Origin: Paraspadella gotoi | Lineage: Eukaryota > Animalia > Chaetognatha | Assembly (NCBI GenBank): GCA_051294375.1 | Contig: JBJCIZ010000843.1 | Span: 1 to 10,383 of the forward strand | Length of the DNA stretch: 10,383 nucleotides | Direction: 5' to 3' | Part shown: piece by piece, positions 1 through 7,383 of the stretch | Layout: each line of letters opens with the position of its first letter | How positions within the stretch are numbered: position 1 is the stretch's first letter | Notes under the pieces: generated by a model | Told to the model about the DNA's origin: nothing | The model's database searches: none | Seen by the model: the letters and a program-made list of their open reading frames with translations, nothing else | Made by a program: the position numbers and the translations under genes

Positions 1-40
1 GCAAGAACACGAGGCTCAGTACCCCGGACCATAGTTGACA
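1..40 (+). repeat. 3' end (U5) of the 5' LTR
   Basis: GCAAGAACACGAGGCTCAGTACCCCGGACCATAGTTGACA is 40/40 identical to 9627-9666; the two copies diverge immediately after ...TTGACA, a canonical CA terminus. Confidence 0.95.
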
Positions 41-154
41 TTTAATACATTGGACAAAGGGAGGTGTTCTTGGAGACGAGGAGTTTGGTGCAAATCTATT
101 TGAACTACTTGGTGGCGAGTTAAAAGGTCAGTAAATCCCGCAGCACAAAGAACT

Positions 155-360
155 GGTACTCCACGAAGAGAGTGCCGAAGCAGAACGGACGCTAAGAAGT
201 TGCGTCGAAGATTTTTGTTTTTTTTGACGTCCAAGTCAAGGTGACACTCCACGAAGAGAGTGTTGAACGAGAGGGGAGGTGCCCGAAGCAGCACCTCTTC
301 CACAGAGAGAGCGCCCGAAGCAGCGCTCTCTCCAAAAAACATTGGGCGGAAGAGCCCGCC
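155..360 (+). promoter_or_regulatory. 5' leader array of six stem-loops with GAAG-containing loops (candidate packaging/dimerisation signal)
   Basis: Hairpins at 155-176, 188-206, 243-264, 273-300, 305-332 and 343-358; loops CACGAAGA x2, TAAGAAGTT, CCGAAGCA x2, GGAAGA. Structure read from the sequence; function inferred from position. Confidence 0.6.
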
Positions 361-440
361 AGGTGCGTACCCGCTAACCCATACTGGTTATTATTTATTG
401 AACCATTATAGTTGTTGGGACTGAAACGATATTAATATTC

Positions 441-474
441 AAAAAAAAAAAAAAAATAAAAAAAAAAAAAAAAA

Positions 475-505
<31 letters not shown>
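441..505 (+). repeat. Internal poly(A) tract A16-T-A18-T-A29 in the 5' leader
   Basis: Directly visible. Confidence 0.95.
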
Positions 506-630
506 CAAATACACACATTATTGCGTTATCACTGCCTCAATATTGCTTTAATTGTTGTTCGCGCTCTAAATCGGGGGCGGAGTGAAACAATCAAAATTGA
601 AACAAATAAACAAAATAAATAAACCAGTGA

Positions 631-3012
631 ATGTCTCGCACCGTTGCCCGTGAATCTGTAGGCATGGAGTTACTGTTAGGATATTTTGCTGATAGTGATA
701 ACCAAACACAGAGAGGGGTCAGGCATTACGTGGCCGAGTTGGCCCATGGCATCGACACGTTTAAGAAATTCGCAGGACTAGCCAGGTATGATCCAACGCC
801 GGACACAATCGCCGAGGCTTCACATCAGAGGAAATTACTGAAGAAGGTGACCCAGCAGCTTTACGACGTCATCGACGTGATCTCGGCTCTCGAGACGGAC
901 CGGGCGAGGACAGTTCTAGACGGAGCGAAGCGCGCCCTCAATGAGTTCTCCGCGCCGGGAGCCACGCCGTCAACTGCATCCGCTCCGTACAGGGTAGTTC
1001 CGCCAGTGCCCTTTGCCTCGCAGAGATGCTTCTCGGCTGGAGATGTCCGACCCGCAGGTGAGGAATATGGGAGGAACTGGCCGTCGCCACACAGTTCAGC
1101 ATGGGCCGCGCAGCCGGATCTCGGAATCCCCATCGCCTCGTCAAGCCGGACGGTGATCATTTCGGGGCCCTCCACGCCGCCGCCAAGGAGGGAGTCCGTG
1201 TCATCGCGCGGGTCGCGTGCATCACAGAGACGCCGCATAGTGGAGGCGTCGAAGGCGGCTGAAGAAAAGGGCAGGTTAGAGATAGAGAGGTTGAGGGTGG
1301 AATGGGCAAACAAGGAGAGGCAGATGAAGTTGGAGATGGAAGAAAGGGAGAAGCGACTGAGGCTGGAGATGGAGACTCAAGAAAAACAGTGGAGATTAGA
1401 AGTGGAGAACAAGGAAAAACAGTGGAGGTTGGAAATAGAGAATAAAGAGAGGCAACTAGAATTGAAACAGAAGGAGAGAGAGAACGAACTGAGACGTTTT
1501 GATGCCGAGGAAGAAGATGACCGGGAGCACGATTTTGATGGGCTGGAGACGGTGGTAGAGACGCCGCACGGAGCTCAGCTGCTGCCAACTCAACCGCCAG
1601 CCGTCCCGACGGAGCCACCGCCAAGAGCGCCGGCGCCGCCGCCAAGGGCGCCGACGCCGCCGCCAAGGGCGCCGACGCCGCCACCGACGAGGCAGCAGCA
1701 AACGCCGCGCCGCAGGTACCGAGTTGAGACGATAATGACTCCAGACGGAGACTTAGTAGATTTCCAAGTGCCGATCAACGACGATGAAGAAGTTCCAAAC
1801 TTGGCAAGGCCCGAAGCTGCGCGCGCTGCAGGCCCGCCCCCACCAAAGGTTAGACAAATATCCCCAATCAGGCTGGTCACGGAACGGGCCGAACCAACGA
1901 CGACGCCAAGCAGGAATGACCCGAGACCAATAACGCCACCCAGCGAACCCACGATAGAGACAAACCCCATGGCACAATTATGTCGCATCCAGCTGCAGCA
2001 TCAGGCGCTGACCCTACTGCAGCAAAAGAGACCCAAATCAAAGTTTATCTGTGATGGAAAGGTAGACTTCGAGACCCAATTGAACTTGTTTGAGTCGCTC
2101 GCCAACATAGACGGGGTGACTGAGGAGATGAGGTTTGGAGAGTTGAGAGAATACTTCAGTGGAGACGCCTTACACATCATCTCGCGCTTCGAGGCTTCAA
2201 AGGATTACGCCCAAGCGCTTACAAAGGTGATAAAAGCATTAAAATTTGAGTTTGGAAAAAAGGCCCACACGGCGAAGCACATGCTGAAGGAGTGGTTGAA
2301 GGGAGGTAAGGTCCGCGAAGCCGCCGGGGTGAAGACGGCGATACTGGAACTGGAGAAAATCTATGCATGGGCGCACGAGACGGGACGCGGATCCAGCTTC
2401 GGGGCACAAGATACATACAACGACATCTTTAACAAAAGACTGCCGCAATTCGGTGCGGCCTGGGCAAAAAGAATGGCCGACGACAGACTCGCGAGGTTGG
2501 CCGATGAGGACGATGATCTCTCCCAAGAGGTAGAGCCTGGATTTGATGAGTTCATTACTTTCCTGAAGAGACAATCCATGATACAAGAAAATAGAAATGT
2601 TATATTCGGCGCGACTACTGCAGCCACGACGACAACAACGACGGCGCCGAGAATGGTCGGCAGGACCTTTCACCGAGGATCCGCGTCGGCGAACGTGTCG
2701 GCCAGCATTGACACGATGGCATTCCCAAATCCCAATTCAAATCCAGCCACACATGCGCCGCGGCGAAATATGTCACTCAGCTGTGCTTTCTGCAGAGGAG
2801 GACACCACAACGGATCGTGCGACAGGTATTTGGGCCTGAAGAAAGAAGCTCGGAGAGCTCTGCTGGACGAAAAGGGACTGTGTCGACGATGCCTGGGACC
2901 AGGACACACTGCAGCCACATGCAACAAACTTCTCGGATGCCGCATCTGCTCAGGGCGACACCACTCATCGCTGCATGAGGACGACCAGACGAGGCCGTCC
3001 ACGACGTCCTGA
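631..3012 (+). CDS. gag: BEL/Pao Gag, 793 aa
   Basis: Long ORF after the leader: coiled-coil and Pro-rich N-half, capsid-like middle (LREYFSGDALHII...YAQALTKVIKALKFEFG) and three C-terminal Cys/His knuckles. Confidence 0.93.
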   Translation: MSRTVARESVGMELLLGYFADSDNQTQRGVRHYVAELAHGIDTFKKFAGLARYDPTPDTIAEASHQRKLLKKVTQQLYDVIDVISALETDRARTVLDGAKRALNEFSAPGATPSTASAPYRVVPPVPFASQRCFSAGDVRPAGEEYGRNWPSPHSSAWAAQPDLGIPIASSSRTVIISGPSTPPPRRESVSSRGSRASQRRRIVEASKAAEEKGRLEIERLRVEWANKERQMKLEMEEREKRLRLEMETQEKQWRLEVENKEKQWRLEIENKERQLELKQKERENELRRFDAEEEDDREHDFDGLETVVETPHGAQLLPTQPPAVPTEPPPRAPAPPPRAPTPPPRAPTPPPTRQQQTPRRRYRVETIMTPDGDLVDFQVPINDDEEVPNLARPEAARAAGPPPPKVRQISPIRLVTERAEPTTTPSRNDPRPITPPSEPTIETNPMAQLCRIQLQHQALTLLQQKRPKSKFICDGKVDFETQLNLFESLANIDGVTEEMRFGELREYFSGDALHIISRFEASKDYAQALTKVIKALKFEFGKKAHTAKHMLKEWLKGGKVREAAGVKTAILELEKIYAWAHETGRGSSFGAQDTYNDIFNKRLPQFGAAWAKRMADDRLARLADEDDDLSQEVEPGFDEFITFLKRQSMIQENRNVIFGATTAATTTTTTAPRMVGRTFHRGSASANVSASIDTMAFPNPNSNPATHAPRRNMSLSCAFCRGGHHNGSCDRYLGLKKEARRALLDEKGLCRRCLGPGHTAATCNKLLGCRICSGRHHSSLHEDDQTRPSTTS
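1315..1479 (+). repeat. Five 33-bp (11-aa) degenerate repeats in gag (coiled coil)
   Basis: ERQMKLEMEER / EKRLRLEMETQ / EKQWRLEVENK / EKQWRLEIENK / ERQLELKQKER. Confidence 0.8.
1615..1686 (+). repeat. 21-bp tandem repeat encoding (PPPRAP[A/T])x3-PPP in gag
   Basis: CCGCCGCCAAGGGCGCCGACG unit, about 3.4 copies. Confidence 0.9.
2782..2976 (+). other. Gag nucleocapsid: three zinc knuckles (Cx2Cx3Hx4C, Cx2Cx4Hx4C, Cx2Cx3Hx4H)
   Basis: CAFCRGGHHNGSC, CRRCLGPGHTAATC, CRICSGRHHSSLH; this triple arrangement is diagnostic of BEL/Pao. Confidence 0.93.
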
Positions 3013-3063
3013 CTTGCAGCAGCATACGCAGCAACCGGGGCACTCCGTCCAATTGTCCCAGTA

Positions 3064-6000
3064 ATGGTGAAAAATGGATCAAAAAAGATTGCTACGTATG
3101 CTTTATTGGACACAGGAGCCACACGGTCGGCGATAACATCGAAAATAGTAAGAAATCTAGAATTACAGCCCTATACACTATTCACCAACCTGACCACCTA
3201 TGATTCAATATCGAGAAACTGGAGAGATTATGTAGATGTAACTATATCGGCCCTTGATGGATCTAATTCAACAATTGCAAATAAGGTACTAGTCGGCGAC
3301 ATCCTAACTACTGAAAATGAAACGCCCTACCGAAATGACGACATACGAGACTACGAGTATATGAACGACATCGAACTAGACGAGTTAAGTAAAGACGCTA
3401 TCGAACTTATACTAGACGCGAGATTCGCTCCACTCTGGATTGGAGGAGAGACAAGAGTCGGAAATGCCAAGGAACCCATTGCATTAAAAACGGCGTTTGG
3501 ATGGACACTAATCGGCGTCTCATCAAAGCAAAACCCCGAGACTATAGGATGTTGTATTGATACAAATGAGTACGAAGAGTTAGAAAAATTAATTCAAACG
3601 ATGTTTAAACATGATTTCATCTTGAGAGGAGACGAAAGATATCCCTCAGAAGTGGTCCACCCATCGGCACAGGACCAATACGCGTTGGAGCAGTTGGAAG
3701 CCGGAATTCGGAAGAACCCAATCACCGGCCATTACATCGCCCCGTCACCCTGGAAAAGGGGAAGAGAAAAAACGGCTGAATATTTTAGAACAGTCCGCGA
3801 AGAATCGATCCAAAATGCGAAAAATAGAGCAAGAAAAACGGCATTTAAAATGAAGAGTGACCCGACATTGTTAGAGGGAGTCATGAAAACCATGGAAGAG
3901 ACAATTGAGATGGGCCACTCGAGAAGAGTGGTCGAAGACACATTAGATGAAAACCCCGAATTCTACACACCCTTGCACGTCGTCACGAGGCCGGACAAGC
4001 CCGGCAAATTTCGCATTTGTCAGGATTGCGCGTCGAAGGTGAGAGGCAGGTCGCTGAACGACGAATTGATCCCCGGACCAGACAACTTGACCCCGTTGAT
4101 TGGCATCCTATTCAAGTTCAGAAAAAAGAAAGTAACTTTAGCGGGCGACATAAAGTTATTCTTTCATCAAATCGAGTTGGACCCGAAGGATGTCGGAGCC
4201 TTCAGGTATTTTTTCTATAAAGACAAGACCCTCAAAACTCTGGAGAAACATGAGCCCCTCGTCCACGTATTTGGCGGAGCCGGCAGCCCAGGAGTCGCCA
4301 CCTTTGTACTACAGTACCACGGAAAAAGCATTCAAGACGAATTCCCAATAGAGGTAATAATTGCCCTATTCATCAAGTTTTATGTCGACGACTACTTGGA
4401 TTCACTTGATGACGTTGAAGAGGCGCGAAAGATGCGGAGAAATCTGACAGAGGCCTTGAGAAAAGGAGGATTTGAACTCGGTAAATGGCAATCCTCACAT
4501 CCCGCGGCTTTGGTGGATACAGATGATGAGACAGTCGAAACTACAGATGAGCCGAGTGACGAATTAACAGACGACTTGGAATCAGTCGCAGATAACGCGC
4601 TTCCGGAGGACCCGTCAGAAGGAGAACACGCCTCCAAAGTGTTGGGAGTCGGATACAACTTTAAAAGAGACGTATATTTTGTAAAAAAGTCAAAGAGAGC
4701 TGAAAACGAGGTAAACACAAAGAGAGACCTGTGGAGATTGGTCGCGTCCGTTTTTGACCCGCTAGGCCTCGTGTCGCCGTTCACACTAAGAGGACGCATC
4801 CTGGCGCAAAAGGCGGCGAATCTAAAATTAGATTGGGATACAAAATTACCCAAAGAACTACGAGACGAAACGAACGAATGGAGAAAGAGTCTACCCCACC
4901 TGAAGAGGATCCACTTGCCCAGATGGACGTCAGACGACGATATAAAGGTAAACAAAACCACTCTGATAGTGTTTTGTGACGCATCAATCGAAGGATACGG
5001 TGCCGTGGCGTACATAAAAAAGGAGGACACGAATTCTGGAAAAAACAAGATATCATATTTTTACTCCCGAGCCCATGTCGTACCCATGCAAATGCAAAGA
5101 ACAATTATACCCGGACAAATTGACCACGGCGACAGCATGCCGAGACTTGAGCTGAATGCGGCGCGACTCGCCGCCCAGATGAGAGACGTGATCGTAAGGG
5201 AAGGAGGCGAAACATTTGACGAAATAGTGATGCTTACAGACTCCGCGACTGTCCTAAAATGGATACAAAATTGGACAAAAAGGTTTCGCACATTCGAAAA
5301 CTTCAGGTTGAAGGCGATCAGAGCATTGACACAAATCTCAGACTGGGCTCACGTACCTGGAGAGGAAAATCCAGCCGACTTCACAAGTAGAGGATTAGCA
5401 GCAGATGAGCAAAAAAAGTGGAAAATATTCCATGAAGGTCCAAGCTGGTTGACGAAGTTGAAGGAAGAATGGCCGATCGAAAAGGACACTGAAAAAATAA
5501 GAAAAACAAAAAAGGAACCAGATACAAAATTAAACGAAATAGATGAGGACAGTGGTTACTCACCAATTGAATTAGTAGTGATTAACGCGACCCACGAATA
5601 CCCAAAAAACCCAAACACAGATGATGCAAACGTAACGTGGCCATTAAAAATCACGGAGAAGATTAGCGCATGGATGGGAAAAATCCGCCGAGTCGCTTAC
5701 TTCATGAAGGGAGTGAAAGGAATCGTTGAAATCCTAAAGGAGAAAAACAAGGTAAACAGGAAAATTAATGTAAACACGCTCGATGCGAAAACAGTAAAAC
5801 AAGCAAAAATAAATCTCATACGGGCTGTGCAAAGACAACATTTCGGGTCCGAGATGTTTGAACTAATAAAATTAGGAGTCAACTCACCAGACTCACATAA
5901 AGAACTCAGAAACAGATCCACAAAAATAACAGAACTGAACCCCTTTATCGACGAAGAAGGATGCCTGAGAACAGGAGGACGACTAAAAAACGCGCAAGAT

Positions 6001-7167
6001 TTAACATATGATGCAAGACATCCTTATATACTACCAAAAAATGACGAAATAGTCAACGCCATGATCAGAGACGAGCACGAATCATTACTACACGCAGGTA
6101 CAGGGACCACGTTCCACTTACTGAAACAAAAGTACACATTACTCGGGGGACGGTACCAAGTCGAAAATATAATAAGAAAATGTGTAACATGTCAACGCTT
6201 GTACAAAAGGCCCATGCCACAAAAAATGGCCAACCTACCGATCGAACGTACAAACATAACCATCCCATTTAAAGCAACAGGCCTGGACGTATTTGGCCCC
6301 TTTCAAGTAAAAATGGCCGGAAGAGGCCTGAATAAAAAGAATGTCATGTTACTCACATGCCTAGCAACACGAGCAATCACATTCGAAGTACTAAAAGACA
6401 TGTCTGCCATGTCAGTCTTAAATGCACTGATTAGATTTAAAAACTCATGTCCCGGGCTAGAAACGCTGATCTCAGACAACGGAACAAACTTCGTTGGCGC
6501 AGCCAACGAAATAAAGAGACAACTAAAAGCAATAAGCCAAGAAAAAAAGCTAAATGAGACGATAGCAAAAAAGGGAATTGAATGGAGATTCGGCCCACCA
6601 GACGCCCCACATTGGGGCGGTATTTGGGAAAGAATGGTAAAATCAGCAAAAAGACACATCAGCGCAGCCATGCCCCCACAGCCAGATTTAGACACATTCA
6701 CGACGATACTCAGCGAAATCTCAGGCATACTAAACCGTAGACCACTGACAGCCGCATCAACAAACCCAAACGAAGAAACCACGCTATCTCCAATAAACTT
6801 TATTTACCCGTATACACACTCGTCAACAGCACTTACCTTACTGCCCCACGCGCCATCCGAAGGAGACCAAATGAGAGCGACGTGGAGACAAGTCAGAGAG
6901 ACGGCAGACAGATTCTGGGAGCGATGGTCAGTCGAATATTTAACGACGTTACAAAAAAGAGAAAAATGGAACAAGACGAACGACGACTTGAAAGTTGGCC
7001 AACTCGTATTAATAGCAGAAAATAATCTTCCACGAGATGTTTGGCGCACCGGAGTAGTCATCGAGATCAAAGGAGAAGGAAATCACGCAAGAGAAGCTTT
7101 AATAAAACTCCCAAATGGCAAAATCAGTAGACGACACAAGATGTCACTTGTGCCGCTCGAAATATAA
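3064..7167 (+). CDS. pol: BEL/Pao Pol polyprotein (aspartic protease, RT, RNase H, integrase); frame is open from 3013, in frame with gag
   Basis: Protease LLDTGA (DTG 3109-3117); RT YVDD (4381-4392); RNase H FCDAS (D 4978), PRLEL, TDS, NPAD; integrase HHCC (H 6076, C 6181) and D-D-E at 6286/6475/6628. No stops or frameshifts. Confidence 0.96.
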   Translation: MVKNGSKKIATYALLDTGATRSAITSKIVRNLELQPYTLFTNLTTYDSISRNWRDYVDVTISALDGSNSTIANKVLVGDILTTENETPYRNDDIRDYEYMNDIELDELSKDAIELILDARFAPLWIGGETRVGNAKEPIALKTAFGWTLIGVSSKQNPETIGCCIDTNEYEELEKLIQTMFKHDFILRGDERYPSEVVHPSAQDQYALEQLEAGIRKNPITGHYIAPSPWKRGREKTAEYFRTVREESIQNAKNRARKTAFKMKSDPTLLEGVMKTMEETIEMGHSRRVVEDTLDENPEFYTPLHVVTRPDKPGKFRICQDCASKVRGRSLNDELIPGPDNLTPLIGILFKFRKKKVTLAGDIKLFFHQIELDPKDVGAFRYFFYKDKTLKTLEKHEPLVHVFGGAGSPGVATFVLQYHGKSIQDEFPIEVIIALFIKFYVDDYLDSLDDVEEARKMRRNLTEALRKGGFELGKWQSSHPAALVDTDDETVETTDEPSDELTDDLESVADNALPEDPSEGEHASKVLGVGYNFKRDVYFVKKSKRAENEVNTKRDLWRLVASVFDPLGLVSPFTLRGRILAQKAANLKLDWDTKLPKELRDETNEWRKSLPHLKRIHLPRWTSDDDIKVNKTTLIVFCDASIEGYGAVAYIKKEDTNSGKNKISYFYSRAHVVPMQMQRTIIPGQIDHGDSMPRLELNAARLAAQMRDVIVREGGETFDEIVMLTDSATVLKWIQNWTKRFRTFENFRLKAIRALTQISDWAHVPGEENPADFTSRGLAADEQKKWKIFHEGPSWLTKLKEEWPIEKDTEKIRKTKKEPDTKLNEIDEDSGYSPIELVVINATHEYPKNPNTDDANVTWPLKITEKISAWMGKIRRVAYFMKGVKGIVEILKEKNKVNRKINVNTLDAKTVKQAKINLIRAVQRQHFGSEMFELIKLGVNSPDSHKELRNRSTKITELNPFIDEEGCLRTGGRLKNAQDLTYDARHPYILPKNDEIVNAMIRDEHESLLHAGTGTTFHLLKQKYTLLGGRYQVENIIRKCVTCQRLYKRPMPQKMANLPIERTNITIPFKATGLDVFGPFQVKMAGRGLNKKNVMLLTCLATRAITFEVLKDMSAMSVLNALIRFKNSCPGLETLISDNGTNFVGAANEIKRQLKAISQEKKLNETIAKKGIEWRFGPPDAPHWGGIWERMVKSAKRHISAAMPPQPDLDTFTTILSEISGILNRRPLTAASTNPNEETTLSPINFIYPYTHSSTALTLLPHAPSEGDQMRATWRQVRETADRFWERWSVEYLTTLQKREKWNKTNDDLKVGQLVLIAENNLPRDVWRTGVVIEIKGEGNHAREALIKLPNGKISRRHKMSLVPLEI
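3955..4500 (+). other. Reverse transcriptase core (approximate bounds)
   Basis: FYTPLHVV, KFRICQDCAS, SLNDELIPGP, GDIKLFFHQI, VHVFGGAGSP, FYVDD, GGFELGKW. Confidence 0.88.
4963..5450 (+). other. RNase H domain, BEL/Pao type (approximate bounds)
   Basis: LIVFCDASIEGYGAVAY ... MPRLELNAA ... TDSATVLKWI ... WAHVPGEENPADFTSRG ... GPSWL. Confidence 0.88.
6076..7164 (+). other. Integrase (HHCC, DDE core with 50 residues between D2 and E, BEL-type C-terminal domain)
   Basis: HESLLH...CVTC; GLDVFGPF; SDNGTNFVGA; HWGGIWERMVKSAK; LNRRPL; FWERWSVEYL...GQLVLI...WRTGVV. Confidence 0.92.
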
Positions 7168-7310
7168 ACAAAGACACGCAATAGTGGCATACAGCGAATT
7201 CTAAAAATAAAACGAAGAGCTAAGCAAGCACGTAACCTAGAAACCGAGCAACAAAAGACGCGCGAGACCGAACATTGAAGCTATACCGCGTAAAAACCAT
7301 TCCACCAAAA

Positions 7311-7360
7311 ATTTATTTTTTTCATTTTTTTTAAAATTCATTCTTTTTGCTAAAAAGAAG
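7311..7360 (+). promoter_or_regulatory. T-rich tract plus AG: candidate 3' splice acceptor for a subgenomic ORF3 mRNA
   Basis: ATTTATTTTTTTCATTTTTTTTAAAATTCATTCTTTTTGCTAAAAAGAAG on an otherwise A-rich strand, ending about 25 nt before the ORF3 ATG. Function inferred. Confidence 0.4.
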
Positions 7361-7383
7361 TAAACTGCCCGGAACAAAACAAG

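Noticed and set aside
71-120. TGGAGACGAGG (71) or TGGTGGCGAG (110) as the PBS
   Set aside because: 30-70 nt from the LTR end and only loosely similar to tRNA 3' complements.
188-225. Rho-independent terminator (hairpin plus T-run)
   Set aside because: Eukaryotic context, and the T-run is separated from a 5-bp stem; the hairpin is counted in the leader array instead.
16-342. 108-aa minus-strand ORF in the leader
   Set aside because: Overlaps the LTR end and the hairpin array, with no recognisable domain; better explained as non-coding.
2995-3020. Ribosomal frameshift between gag and pol
   Set aside because: Both ORFs are in the same frame and there is no slippery heptamer at the junction.
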